From Negaprion brevirostris (Eukaryota), in the NCBI GenBank assembly GCA_030324005.1, contig JARDVH010000110.1, forward strand, positions 31,719,361-31,783,360: DNA of 64,000 bases, read 5' to 3'. How positions within the stretch are numbered: position 1 is the first letter of the stretch; every line of letters begins with the position of its first letter. This document shows, piece by piece, positions 25,150-38,749 of the stretch. Under the pieces are notes generated by a model, which worked only from the letters and a program-made list of their open reading frames with translations, did not search any database and was not told the DNA's origin. Made by a program: the position numbers and the translations under genes.

Positions 25150-25700
25150 ACAAATCTCCAAGTATTACAAAATTCATTAACCCATCCCCTACTTCATCTT
25201 TCAGAGCCACCCAGGCAGAGGAGGCATTACCATAGTAGGCACTGGTCTGTTCTATCACTTTTTGTATGGCAGCATGACTTTTGTTGTGTACATGTTGCCG
25301 ATATGTGTGTGGGTTGCGCACCTGAGTCATGCAGTGAAAAGGTAGTTCTCATTGTCCAGTAACCACCTTCTGGTTTGTCATGATGGCTCACATTCGTGTG
25401 GCAAAACAGACAGAATGAAGGCATCATGTCTATTCCAGGAAAGTTGGCATTGACCTGCATGATATGCAACATATGGTCACACATCAAATGGACACAACTA
25501 ATCTCGAAGAATTTGATGATCCCATTAAATATCATTGCTGGTGGGTTTTTTATGTAGATTGACATCACAACCTATCTTCTCTGCATACTTCCAGAAGATA
25601 CTGTTAGTGTAAATGTTTCCACCCTCACCAAAATGGCATCCAGGGTGGCTCACAACATAAGTATGCATGAGCGTCATGGTCGTGGCATCTGGGAGCCAAA
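25150..25700 (-). mobile_element. Harbinger transposase remnant
   Basis: Peptides VHLMCDHMLHIMQVNANFPG and HNKSHAAIQKVIEQT match HARBI1-family DDE motifs (NVQ.VCD..., HN..H...R..IE). Confidence 0.75.
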
Positions 25701-27161
25701 ATGACACTGATAACACAAAAAAAAATGCTAAGAAACCAAAATTTGCAACCTCAATGTTTAATAGTGAGGCAGGTTTCATTTTACAGCAGTGAACATCAAG
25801 TATACCTGGAATCATTCAATATAGAAGTAGGCCATTTGGCTCATCTGTCTGTGCCAGCATGCAACAAGAATAACGGATTTGAGACAGTATAACTAGATAA
25901 AAGCAAAATAATACGGACTGGTCCAAACAGATTGAAACAGCTTAATGAATGAAAATGAGCAATTAACAAAAAAAAAGCAATGCAAATTGATGGATATAGA
26001 AAAAGAATCACAAAACGTAAAATGCCTAGGACATCACAGAGTAAATCAGAAAAACAGCTTATATTGGAAATAAATTAGGGATGGAGGTAGTGTGTGAGTT
26101 TTGCTGCTAGCTCATTGGGTTTCATGTCATAAACTAGTTAATTTTATTCTGTAACTCATTGATCCTTGGCCTTGGACTGGTGCCATTTTTGACTTATTGA
26201 CTGTGAAGTGCTGTGGGACATCCTGACAGTCTGCAAAGTGCTACATCTGTTCAAATTACAACCATGTGAAGCTAAAATTTATTTTGATGTTGCTACAAAA
26301 CTTCAAACAAAGGAATCTGAATAACTGTTGAATGCTAGTTGTGATAGCTTTGGTGCAGCTTGTGTGATCACTGTTGTTAGCTTTTCTAAGTGAGTGAAAT
26401 TGTCCAATAAATTTTAAAAAACAGTCATCAATTTTGGAATAAGGCCTTGTGAAATTTAGAAAATATTTTCACAGAACAGATTAAACATCAAGGAGCATAA
26501 TGCAGAAATGACAGTAAAGAAATGTAGAATATTGAAAATATGGAAAATTGTCAGCAGTAAAGTTATTTACAAAAGGCGCTTGCATCAATGTGGTTCAGTG
26601 CATATATGGGTCAGCTTAGAAAAGTAATACATTTCCTTGCTCAAGTGTTATTGTTAAAATAGATGTTCCACTCAGCTAAAATGATATTCTGCAGGAAACT
26701 ATGTACCTTTCTGTTCATATTTTACCTATGTTAATGGCGCATTGATTAAGTTATGACTTTCTGTTGCAATAAATGTTATTCATTGATTGGATACTTTAAA
26801 GAGCTAAAAGATATTGTGGTTGAACTTAGCATTTGGTTATTTCACCCAGGTTGTAAAATTTGATGACAGTATAAGAGTTAATCGATCATTAGCAGCTTTG
26901 AACTAGATGCACAAAATGTATCAAAAATATTGCCATGGAAACTATTGCTTGTCTACAGAAAACTGCTCATATGCCACTTTCAGTGTAATTACAAATGAAT
27001 TAGAACTATCACATTCTTCCAAAAATAATCTGCTTATCTCTTTTTCTGTGAAGGTGCCTAGCTGCAGTTTTTTGCAATTTTTCCTAAATGTGATCACATC
27101 TAAATTTTCCTTCTGGCACTGTGAACGACTGCAAACAACTGTGTAGTGGAATTGGCAGCAA

Positions 27162-27272
27162 GGCTGGAATTTTACCGCCGGGAATTGGAGTGGGAGAGGG
27201 GCAGACAATGGAAAGATCTGTTGACCTCGGGCGGGATTTTATGGTTTTGGGATGAGTGAGGCCATAAAATCT
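27162..27272. mobile_element. Short MITE; reverse-oriented relative of 60030-60152
   Basis: GGCTGGAATTTTAC...CTGTTGACCTCGGGCGGGATTTT...GAGTGAGGCCATAAAATC is the reverse complement of the 60030-60152 copy. Confidence 0.7.
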
Positions 27273-28668
27273 CAAATGTCTGTTCATAGCTAAGAGAACC
27301 ACTAATATCCCAAGAGCATGACACATAATGTTAAAGATACCTTTGCTGAAACCAGTCATATATATTTCCTGTCCTATTCACTGGGCTGAGCAGTCTTCTC
27401 ACATTTCTTTTGAAAGAAAGTGGGAAAAAGAGAAAAGTGAAAATGAAAAATGAAAACAGAAAACATACAAAAATAGCTAGCACTATTATAATAGTAATAC
27501 ACAAATCGCAGGAACAACATTCATTAAATAAAGCCTTAAAATACATAAGCATCAAAAAAATGCAAAATCACTGAGTAACTGTGGATAATGAACATAATTT
27601 GTATATTTAGTATTTAATGAGCATGACACTTCCATGACGCTATTGCACTGCTTGAAGTGTTGTGGGTGGAATTTCTGCCTCATGTTGATTGTGCTTATGT
27701 GTGTGGTGAACTAACTGGAATATAAGAAGTTGCATTAACCATCTGAATCCAGCCTGCATCATCCCTTTCATCTACCCAGGGCAGTCAGAACATTGAAATG
27801 GAGGAGATTGTTAGGTCCCACATGTTGTCCACTTTTGGGGAGAAATTATGAAATAGCTGGAGAAGAATTGGAACTCGATGCAGCATCAGGCTATAAAACC
27901 TGCTTAAAGAATGGTGGTTGTGTCAGAATAAACAGGCAATATGTATGACCAGGATGCCAAAAAGGGTCAGAAGAAGAGAAGTCAATATTTACGGATCAGG
28001 AAATAGGAGCAGTTCAGAGTTGGAAGCTAGGATCTGATCATGATGAAGCAGAGACATTGTGGAAATCAGCCTTTGTCTCTTGAGCCTGCAGACTCAGATC
28101 TCTGGGGTCCTGCTCCAAAAAGAAGGAAGCTGGGTGAGCATCATATTTCTATGGAATCAATGATGATTATCTCGGAGGACTTGAAACAGATGTGAGGGGT
28201 CAAGGCAAAGTCCCTTGTCATTCTCAGTGCTAATGTTGTAGAATGATTTGACATGATGGACAGGATTTTTTGGATGGCGGGATTTCCAGCCCTTTACCTA
28301 AAGAGCCGATGGGGAAACACTTCCCCACTGATCCTGCTGCTCGGCAACCATTCAACTTTTGGTTGGACATTAATTGGCTAAGGACAAGACTTCTGTTCCT
28401 GCCTGGAGAGGTAGTTCTGCCTTAGAGAATTGCCAGCCAACCTGATTGATTGGCAGCTCTGCAGTCCTAATAGCGCCAGGTTTGAAGAGTGGCCACAACT
28501 GGGACTGCAGCCAGTCTTCAATGAGAAGCTAATAGAAGCCAGACTGAAGGTAAATCCAGACTATTGAATAGCAGGTCTCAGTCAGGGGAGTGAGAGGGTA
28601 GAGGTGGGGCCACATTTGAAAGGTTGGGTTGCAAGGGTCAAGGGGGATATGGCGTTGAGGGATACCTC

Positions 28669-28898
28669 TGTGATGACTTCAGCCAGGCTAATAAGGTTGG
28701 CTCTTTAGAGAATGAACTACCTGATGAGTCTTAATTGATGGTTAAATCAAGGAGCCTCAAGCTCTCTATTTAAAGCAGGTGTGTCAGACTCCCAGCCTGC
28801 ATTCCGCAGGGAGCAACTGGAGAGCTGACTGGGTACAGATGTATGGTGCAAATAAAGTGACTTGGTGACAGGACTTTCACTTCTGTGGAGTTATTACA
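28669..28898 (+). mobile_element. Solo LTR (230 bp) with 5-bp TSD
   Basis: TGTGAT...ATTACA termini flanked by ACCTC on both sides (28664-28668, 28899-28903); contains TATTTAAA and AATAAA. Confidence 0.85.
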
Positions 28899-29604
28899 AC
28901 CTCCAACAAACACAGGGGACTCTCAAAGGAGGCAACTTCTTCCATAGCTATAGCTGCCAAGCTATCAGCCTGATGAAAATTTCCTTCCCCCTGCAGGGGT
29001 ACATTAGTAAGCAGATGGGATGAGGCACTTAAATGGCCATTACTTGACCACTTAAGGGCCAGGGTGGACTGCACCTGCACCGCTCCATAAAATGGGAGAT
29101 ACATTGGCATGTATGCTGGTAGGCCACACACTGCATTTTATGAGCCACCCCCACTTTCAAATCTGCTACTGGAGGAGCATAAGTCCCTATTTCCTGAATG
29201 TTTTAGATGGCAGTCGCATGGCTCCCTCCCACTTCCTGTATGAGATTCATTTCCTATTCTATTTCCTGTTTTCAGTTATCTGTCGCACACCAGCCTGAAA
29301 GTTGAGGTTGGGTAGAGAAAGGTTAGTAGAGGCAAGGGGTTGCGTCCAAGATCCTACCCTGAGGGAATCCTGTCCTTGCTATTTTATAGCCCCCCACTCT
29401 CCACAGGTCTCAAAATCCATTGGGGTTGAGGGGGAGGGTGGGGTTGTAAAATTCAGGCCTGTACTATTATGGTGCTTATCCTCTCTAGAATAAAGTTAGA
29501 TTGGTTATATATAAATGGTGACTGGTCCACTTACTGCTGAGAGTAGTTGAAAATTAAGGAAATTCACAGCTTTGAGGATGTAAAACAAGCAATATTAGTT
29601 TAAT

Positions 29605-29866
29605 AGACACGGTGGCACAGTGGCTCGCACTGCAGCCTCATAGTTCCAGGGACCCAGGCTTGAGTTGTTGTCTGTACAGAATCTGCACATTCTCCCCATA
29701 TCTGCGTGGGACTCCTCCAGGTGCTACAGTTTCCTCCCACAGTTGTAAAGACGTGCTCGTTAGGTGCATTGGCCCAATCAACCGCCGGCATGTGGCGACT
29801 AAGGGGATTTCACAGTAACTTCATTGCAGTGTTAATGCAAGCCTACTTGTGACATTAATAATTAAA
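29605..29866 (+). mobile_element. HE1-type SINE
   Basis: CACGGTGGCACAGTGGCTCGCACTGC head and V-domain-like CACATTCTCCCC..TCTGCGTGGG. Confidence 0.85.
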
Positions 29867-30227
29867 ACAGATAGTCTCAATGCCCTTGAGATTCAATTAG
29901 CATTTGAAGTATTCATTTTCTTTCGATTTTTTTTTTTGTCCAATGTCTTGTTTCTTTATTTCACTCTTTTTCAGCTATATAACTTCATTATCTTATCATT
30001 TTTGCTAAATTCATCATGGTTTGTTATATTTAACTTTTATTTTATCTTCCCTGCTCGTTCATTCTTGTCACTGACAGTTTGCCCTCCCAAACTACTTGAA
30101 TCTAACTGAGGTGACCTCAGAAAATTCTGCCTCTCAATTGTAAATTTAAGACCAACCTTTGGAACAGTGTTATATAGCCTGTCATAATTCTTTTCTCGGA
30201 TCGTACATACTTGCTGAAAATTATTAC

Positions 30228-30395
30228 CTGTTTGCATTGTAAATGGTTCCGGATATCAGTTGCACACTGCCGTAGTAAAGTAAAGTAGCGTTTTTCTGTT
30301 TCAACCAGTTCTTCTATCGCTTTCAATTGTTTCCCTTCCATTTTACTGGCTGATGTGATATTGCTATTAAGTTCCACATAAAATGAATCATCCAT
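30228..30395 (-). CDS. ARHGEF37: ARHGEF37-like RhoGEF, first detected coding exon (start of DH domain)
   Basis: Acceptor tctcctacAG at 30407, accATGg Kozak context at 30395 and donor CAG|GTAATA. Encodes MDDSFY...KQLKAIEELVETEKRYFTLLRQCATDIRNHLQCKQ, close to the recalled ARHGEF37 AIQELIDTE..Y...L.LCASDIRSRLQ. The frame is also open for the 11 nt upstream, so an earlier coding exon is possible. Confidence 0.88.
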
Positions 30396-31099
30396 GGTAA
30401 CTAGGCCTGTAGGAGACACAATTAGAATTACTGCAGTTATGTTGACTAGATGTCTCTCTGTGGTCCTTTGGCTAATCTAGCCGTAAGGAATTGAAACTAT
30501 GGTCTTGTGGTTTGTCACCTGATCTTGCTTTGTAAACCACAAGTTTTCTATAAATCTGAGATCTAATTCTAGAAATCTAATACAGCCCCTTACTTTGTTC
30601 CTTATGAAATGAATCCTGAAGTGATTCACATTGAACAGAATGTAACACTCCAGTCACATTTGCCTAGCTAATACATAACAACATAAACAGTCTATGTTTG
30701 TTTGCTGCAGGCAACCATGGAATGTTCCAGTCTAATATTGCTGCATGAGCCATCCTCCTGATTAGTGGTTCAACTCAGTCGGTATTTTAACCATTAGCAA
30801 TTTCTCAGCCGGGTACATACCTTTTCAGCATATTTTAGTTCCCTTCATGTAAGTTGTTCTTCTAATTCAAAATAAATACTTCACACAGTGCAGTTGCACA
30901 CTGCAACTGGATCACTGACAAGAACGACAGGCAAGCAGGGGGATTTTGCTGCCAAAGCAATATCTGCAGTTGCGCTTTCATTGGCTAATTTTAACTCCAC
31001 AGTTCAGAATCAAAACAATCCAAAAAAAAAACTTCAGAATTGCTTTAAAGCTGGAATAAAATATTACATTTAATTTTTACGATCCCGCAATTCTGCAGT

Positions 31100-31100
31100 T

Positions 31101-31133
<33 letters not shown>
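31100..31133. repeat. (GT)n(GA)n compound microsatellite
   Basis: Directly visible. Confidence 0.95.
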
Positions 31134-31755
31134 AAATGGGTGTTCTGACACACTGTCTACTTTTTGTACCATAGCTCTCAACCTGTTATTTGACTGCTAA
31201 ATAAATGTGTGTAATGTTATTCCTAAGCAGGATATAAGTCTGAGCATAATAAAAACAAGGGAACTTCCTGTGTCCATATAATTCAAAATGTTAGCGCACA
31301 CTAATGTTATTTCTACCACACCCTAGAATTGCTGTATGTATCATAACTAATAGAGGTTGGAATGGAATTGAAAATAGAATAGTTGCATTGTTTGGTTGTT
31401 GCATAATTGCAAAAGAAAATGTGCCTGGAATGTAATGCTGCAGCATCTCAAAATACATGGGCTTCTTCACAGAAAAGCTATTGTACTCAATTCTGCAATT
31501 GTGTATGTCAGGAAAAAATATAAAGCAAAATGTGACCCCAGTCCACAATCAGCATCACAGTTTTATTTTCTCTTTAAGCTTTTTCAGTCTGCAAACCAAC
31601 ACAGGGGTTTCTCCTATTTGCTCCATCTACTATATCAAAAATAAATTCTGCAAATCCTTTTGTTTAAAACAAACTAAATTCTATTGTTTTCTTTAAAATT
31701 TATAAATTGTACATGAATCTTTTCAACTGATTTGAAGTAAGTAAGAAAACCCAAA

Positions 31756-33311
31756 GGGCAGAATTTTCCCAAACAAATTCTAAGGGTGTGATCTTGTGGC
31801 CTTGTTCCGCCCAACTTTCAGTGAAGTGAGGTGTTAAGATCGGGCGGGAGGCAAAAAATCAGGTTTGCACCCAGTTTTTTGCCCCCCCCTCCACCAAGTC
31901 ATGCCAGCACTGTTTTGCCGGTGAAATTGGCTTTGCATCAAAAAGAGCGCAAATTTAATTAGAAATTTTATATGTCATTGATAAGTCCCAGACGCTATCG
32001 TCCAGGCTCACTTGCCTTTACCACAGGCCAGCCGAGGTTCTCCCTAGAGAAACTCATGTGTGGTTTCCATTAATGGGGACCAGACACGATAACCTCGCCA
32101 GGGGAATCAGAGGTCATTGAAGGCACTGGGTGGTTGGGGCAGGGCCGGGCTGAGCATGGAACATGGAAATGCCTGCCTGGTACCTTGACACTGCCCAATG
32201 GGCACCATAACTGTGCCAGAGTGCACAGGAAGAGGATCCAGAGTGGGGGCAGAACTAGTGGGATGGAGGTATGATAGGGGGAGACAAGCAGGTGGCTTGC
32301 AGGGTCCTGGTATTCATGGGGGAGGAAGGGGGGTAAGGGATGTGGGAGAGTGGGGATGACAGGAGATGTCCCTCTGTATTGGGAGATTGGTGTGCCTATG
32401 CAATGGCACCCCTAGAGCTCACACACACACACACCTTTGGTGAGAATCACATCCTGGTACTTTTACTGCACTAATTGCCATAAGAATTTTCAAACTTGCC
32501 CAAATTTTTGTCCGTTTGGCACTTAGAATTTTTTTCACAAAATTCCATTCTCAGTGTCTTAACAGTGTGAAAATGGCCCTGCAATCTTCCAGCTCCATGT
32601 CAGTTTTGCTGACAGCTGGGAACTCCCTTTTTTGTGGAGCGGGGGGAGTGCAGGGGAAGGGAGGGCAGAGCTTAAGGAGGCCAGGGAAGCCAGCTTCAGA
32701 GCACTTGGGCACCACTGTGCTACATCACCCTCTGCGACCCACCCCACCACCACCCCCCCCAACCCCACTGCACACCTCGACAAGCCCTATCCTGCAGAAC
32801 TCCCCCTGCTGATTTCCCCTTTTGTACAGCTTCCCTCTTGCCAATCACTCTCCTTGCAGAGCTCCCCCTGTGTAAGATACCCATCACTGTGCACAACCCT
32901 TGTCATATCCCCATCCCCATTCCGGCTTCACCACCTTGGCACTGGTACACGAGGTGCCAATCAGGTACTGTCAGGGTGCCAGGTGGTCATTGCCTGGCCA
33001 TGTACCCGACCACCCAGAGGCTTCAATGGCCTCTGGTTCCCCTCAGCATGGCCATGGCTCCTGTTCTCCATACTGCAGAGCAGTAGTGATTCTCACCAGC
33101 GTGATGTCACGCTGCCGAGGGTGGAAGCATCCAGGAGAATGGAAGAAGCCATGCTGAAACTTCCACCTTCTTTTGTTACTAAGCTTTATGCCCTTTCTGG
33201 GCAAAATGCCATTCTTGCCAGAGAAAAGAGGTGGGAGGATAGCAATTGCCCTCGCGCACTATTTTCCTGATTCACCATGCTGATCGCGGCAAGCTGGTAG
33301 GATTGTGCCCA
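31756..33311. mobile_element. Nested or adjacent GC-rich MITE-like elements
   Basis: Starts GGGCAGAATTTTCCC / GGGTGTGATCTT and ends ...GGATTGTGCCC. G-rich and C-rich halves; the ORFs have no recognisable motifs. Confidence 0.5.
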
Positions 33312-33927
33312 TAATGATTATTAATAAATTTTACTCAATTTAGCCCAGGTATTCTGAGAAACCATGTAGTGGGCTGAGCATTCTCCTTCCATTTGACATA
33401 ATTATTATCCACTAACAATCAAACAAATGTCTACATTCCTTTGTGGATGTAAACAAAATACTTGTATTAGCAGCAACTTAAGGATGTAGGAAATTAAAAA
33501 TCATCCGTCAAGTACATTTTTTCTGTAGATCATTCATATTATATTGTCAGAACACCCATTCTCTCTCTCTCTCTCACACACACACAACTTGCAGACTTTT
33601 TCCAAAAGTTTAAAGAATTACATTCCATGCTGGAATTCTGCTAAAGGAGGAGAAATTAGGTAGAGGTCAGGCCAGGTTTTCCAATTAACTTGCAATCTAG
33701 GAAATAGTGTCTTATCCTGTGAAAACTCAGTAAAGTTTACACTGCAGACTTGTAAGCTTATCCCTCGAGAGAAAGAGAGCAGATACATGACATGTTTTCT
33801 CACTTCTGTCTAAGGTAAAAATGAACACACAAAAACATGTAATAAATATGTGGTATTCTGCCTGAAATAAAACATGCAGTCACTTAGAATAACAACAAGG
33901 CATTTGTCAGACTGTAGCTTGAGTACT

Positions 33928-34460
33928 GTTGTGGCATACCTGAGGTGAGTGGTACTGCCCAAAGTTTAGACAATAGAAGACTCATGAGGTAGCTATCTCT
34001 GTATAAAGACTTAACTTTATTTAAACCAGCAGCTGCCAGGACTTCATCAAAGGATTAAGTAGCTCTGACATATAGCAGCAGAACCTCTCCAATGAATCTA
34101 ACATATACAATCATTCCCACCTTTCAATAGCTTTAAATCTGTCATCTTCAGAATACACAACAGTACATGTCAAATACTTTAGCTAATTGAATTTAACCCC
34201 TCAGCATAATGATGTTTTATTAGTCCATGAAATCCAGAAGCTGACTTCTCTCTTGGCTGACTGCAAACCCTGGTTGCCTAGTGGCCTAAAATGCTCAGCC
34301 CAGAGTTCAAATGAACTTTGTCAGGGGTCCCCCAAAGGTGACTATCTAACCAGACTACCTTATGACAACATGTCTGAGCACCAGTCCACCTTGTCTGGAC
34401 AGTGAATAAACTCTATTCATGAAATATGATAAAATGTTCTAAATGCTCCCCCATCTGAAA
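33928..34460 (-). mobile_element. LTR-like repeat, same family as 61999-62570
   Basis: The reverse complement aligns by eye with 61999-62570 (AATAAA...GGCAGTAC...CAACA end; TTCATGAATAG..TGTCCAGA block). Confidence 0.65.
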
Positions 34461-35219
34461 GTTTGCTAATAAAACTTGCATATTTTCAAGGTCCAAATAT
34501 TGTCTTGAAATATGACTTCATCCTAATGGCTTTTACTATGATGCCTTGCAGTAAAATTCTTTTTGACTAAAATGAACAATATTAGTTAAGATCAATAATT
34601 CAAAGTATCAGCATGTGTTTCACAATCATAATCGCTTATTTGAATCAATTACTGCATCTCATATGTGTAATTTGCTTCTTGTTAGCTCATATACTTAGTT
34701 TAAAAGTCATTTAACTGATTGCTGCTAGTTCTGTCAGTGCCTTAACACCTGCTTTCTTACCAAACCACTGCGGGGTTCCACTTATAAGTACTTCTGCCTT
34801 TTTCGGCAAGGAATTACAGGAAGATGGTTAGTACACATGAAAGAGAGATTATGGACTGGATTTTGAGCTCAGCAGCAGACAAATGGTGCTTGCCAATCGC
34901 TGCATACACATGATCACAGATGTTCTATGATTTTTGCACTGCAACTTGCAGACTTTAGAAACCCAGAACAGTGCAGCTCCCCCCAAAAGCATCATGGACT
35001 TTTGTGAATAAGATAAGGAACTTCACATATCCTTAACAAATCAGATTGAAAAATCCTTATTATACCAAACAACGTCTAATCCTGGAAATATTCAACTCAA
35101 TATCATGTACATAAAACAAGAAAGCCTGGCGCCCCAGAACTATCTACTGGGCGCCCTAGCACTGCCCACTGGGACTGTGCAGTGCCAAGGAGATGGGTCC
35201 AGAGAGTGCAGGGTCTACT

Positions 35220-36340
35220 GGTGGGTGGTATCAAACTGAAGATGCATTCCATCCGGTCCTGGGGACTTGTCCACAATCAGTCCCTCCATTCTGTCGAGCA
35301 CCGCCTCTCTANNNNNNNNNNNNNNNNNNNNNNNNNNNNNNNNNNNNNNNNNNNNNNNNNNNNNNNNNNNNNNNNNNNNNNNNNNNNNNNNNNNNNNNNN
35401 NNNNNNNNNNNTTTGACACACTACACTAGGTCCCCAACTCCAAATCATCTCTGGAAATCATAAACAATTATGGTCCCAACACTGATCCCTGAGGCACACC
35501 ACTAGTCACTGATCGCCAATCAGAAGGACACCCACTCTTTGCTTTCTGTTAGTTAACTATCCTCTATCCATGCTAATACATTATGCATTAACACTGTGCG
35601 CCTTTATCTTATGGAACAGTCTTTGGTGTGACAGCTTGTCAAATGCCTTCTGGAAATGCAGATATACCACATCTGCTGGTTCCCATTGTCCACTGCACAC
35701 GTAATGTTCTCAAAGAATTCCACCAAATTAGTCAAACGTGACCTGCCCTTCATGAACCCAATGGGACAACTTATATCCAGATATCCAAATGTTTTCACTG
35801 CATGGGAAAAGAAACCTAGTGGTAGTTTCCCAAATCCAGCACCTCTCAGCTGATGTGTACAAACATAGAAACATGGACAGTAGAAGCAGGAGTAGGCCAT
35901 TCAGCCTTTCAAGCCTGCTCCGCCATTCATTTTGATCATGACTGATCAATATTGTGATCCTCCCTTCCTCCCATGTCCCTTGATCCCTTTAGCACCAAGA
36001 ACTAGATCTAATTTCTTCTGGAAATCAGACAATGTTCTGGCCTCAACTACTTTCTGTGATGGTGAATTTCACATATTCACCACCTTCTGGGTGAAGAAAT
36101 TTCTCCTTACTTCAGTTCCAACTATGACCCCTAGTTCTGGCCTCCCCCCCCCCCATTAGGAACATTCTTTCTGAATCTACCCTGTCTAACCCTGATAGAA
36201 TTTTATAAGTCTCGATGAGATCCCCTCTCGCTCTTCTGAACTCCAATGAATATAATTTTAACTGACTTAGTTTCTCCTCATATGACAGACCTGCTATCCC
36301 AGGAATCAAGCTGGTAAACCTACACTGTACTCCCTTTATT
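35220..36340 (-). mobile_element. CR1 fragments (RT region plus a separate 3' end)
   Basis: Peptides GFMKGRSRLTNLVEFFENIT, KSPGPDGMH and IPGIAGLSYEEKLSQLKLYSLEFRRARGDLIETYKIL. Confidence 0.88.
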
Positions 36341-36424
36341 GTATCAGTGCTCCTCCATGTTGAACACCATTTGCAGAAAGGCCTGAGAGTGGCAAGGCTT
36401 CAGAATGTACTCTGGGTGGATCTA

Positions 36425-36575
36425 TTTGATTTGATTTATTATTGTCACATATATTGGGAAACAGTGAAAAGTATTGTTTCTTTCATGCTCTGCAGACAAT
36501 GCATGCCATACGTAGAGAAGGTAAGGAGAGAGGGCAGAATATAGTGTTACAGTCATAGCTAGGGTGCAGAGAAAG
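36425..36575 (-). mobile_element. LINE 3' tail fragment, also at 61120-61260
   Basis: Shared TTTGATTTGATTTATTATTG..CAGTGAAAAGTATTGTTT.. block, which reads as AATAAA(TCAAA)n on the minus strand. Confidence 0.65.
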
Positions 36576-38749
36576 AGCATTAATTCTTATTGGTTTACTT
36601 AGCTCTGTAGTATTAACGTATTCACCAAAAATTATGTCTAAGTCCCTAGCGCAAGAAATTGGCAGAGAAGAAGCAGCCATGTAAGAGAACATACACTTGT
36701 AAATAAAGCTCTGTTTTTTTTTAAACTCTCTGTGCTCTCTAGCATAATTTTCCGATATAAAATGTAAATCCTAATGACAAGGCCGATGAACGGCACTTAT
36801 GAGACAGCATGGGAGATGAATTTACCGAGGAAAAAGTCGGAAACAGAAAAGTTAGAAAATAAGCTTTACGCATGTGTTCAGGACCTGAGTAACTAAACTG
36901 TGCAGCAGTCATAGAGTTGGGCGTGTTAAATAAGAGGCTGAAGTTTGGGTTGTTGCCTTATGTGAAAGAAAAATCAGGGTAGCTGCTGGAAACACAATGC
37001 AAAGAGTGCATGCACGAGACCTCCATTAGCCAAAAATGGCTGGAGTTTTCTGTGTCATAGGACTCTGACGAAAATATGGAACAATGAGCTCTTATACTGA
37101 GCATTTTGATGTCTAGGTTAGAGGGATTAGTGGGGTAAATATGTGAGGTTACAGAGATGGGGCCTGGGTGGGACTGTTGTCGGTGCAGACGTGGTGAGTC
37201 GAATGGCCCCCTTCTGCACTGCAGGGTTTCCATGGAATATACATCAGAGAGAAAACTTTAAAAAATCTTTGGCCACCTAGCTCAAAACTCTCCATAACTC
37301 ATCTGCTTGGCAAACCAGGTAGGCGACCAAAATACGCACTTTACACGTAACACTCCAAAAACAAGGCTCAAAATAACCAGTAGGCAAATATAAAGGAAGT
37401 TCGTAAATTACGAAAATGTAAATTTATCTTGAAGCAATTAAAAAGACAAAGTAATTTGAAACAAGCTCTGAATTTTATACTGTAGTGGATCATTGATACA
37501 CCAAGTCGGTCAGTGCAGCATGAGTTAGAACTCAGATTAGGTGAACAACTTATTCTACAGTGAGTTCCTTAATCTAACTATAATTCGAAAGGAAGTGTAA
37601 GCCATCATGTATACCACTTAGGTACTTCCACAAGTACAGAGAAAAGAATATTAAAAGTGGCTACTCCCCCAGATAATGAGATGCTTGACTTGACTGTTCT
37701 AAACCAATGGTGAAAAAAAGAAGCAATGTATCTTTTAAATGTAAATTAATAAGATGTTCAAATAACAAAGTATGATTTCTTTTGATTGGAGGCATGCACA
37801 GAAAAGAGGGCGGTCTGTCAGAATTAGTGACCTTTGAATACATTTTTTTTCTGGTTACTATGTAACCACGCTCATTAAACAGAGGATCATATGAATGTGT
37901 AAACAATGTTCCATGTACTTAATTATTTTAAAATATACAATACAAATCTAAACTATTTATTTGTTCAAAACCATTCTGCTAGCAGAACAGATGTGAAGAG
38001 ATTTAGACCAGAGAATGAGTGTGCATAAAATTCAGGTCAATCCAAAGCATGAGATTCAAACAGGCTTACCGGCTTTAAACGTTAGGTTGGGTCATAGCAT
38101 TCAGATGAAAATGAACCTTGGACTCTCGTGATTCAAGTATAATAATAGCAAACTGAAACAGCCTGTAGCTCAACTTTAGCTTTCCACCCAGATTCTTCCG
38201 ACAAATGATCTTGGCTAACTGGTTTGTCTCAGCAGTTATCTGAAGCGTAATTTGAATACCATTATTGTTGGGTTGAAACAGCACAGCACAGATTTTCTCT
38301 GCTTTGCAGATCCATGCCTAAAGGTGCAGCTTTCAGTTTATGCCTGATCATTATAAGCAGGATTCTTTTCACTGAGACGACTGTCAAAGCGAAACTACCA
38401 GAAAACGGATGAAGTCTGGCCATTATTGATCAAAGCGCTTTATTTTGTAATTCAATAACATCTGATACAACAATAAAGAAAAAAATAAAAAGGTACATTT
38501 TGTGTCCGAATCAAAATATGATGTGCATTTAGATAAAGTACATTATTTCCCCGAAAAAACTTTAGGATCATAGCGATTATTCTGGGATTGACTTCAAAAA
38601 TTCCTACCAGTTCATCCAGTTTGGGAGTTATTTATAACTCTCCTGCACACCTTCATTCCTGCTCTCCAGCTCTCCGACCATCCCGTTCGCCATCCCTCCC
38701 GCTGTCCGCCTTCCCGCTCACTGATCCTTCCGCTCGCCGACCCTCCTGT

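Noticed and set aside
32632-33270. 212-aa ORF
   Set aside because: It lies in a GC-rich MITE-like repeat, is low complexity and has no recognisable domain.
38070-38317. Minus-strand segment bounded by AG and GTAAGC
   Set aside because: All three frames contain stops. It could be a 5' UTR exon, but sequence alone does not support that.
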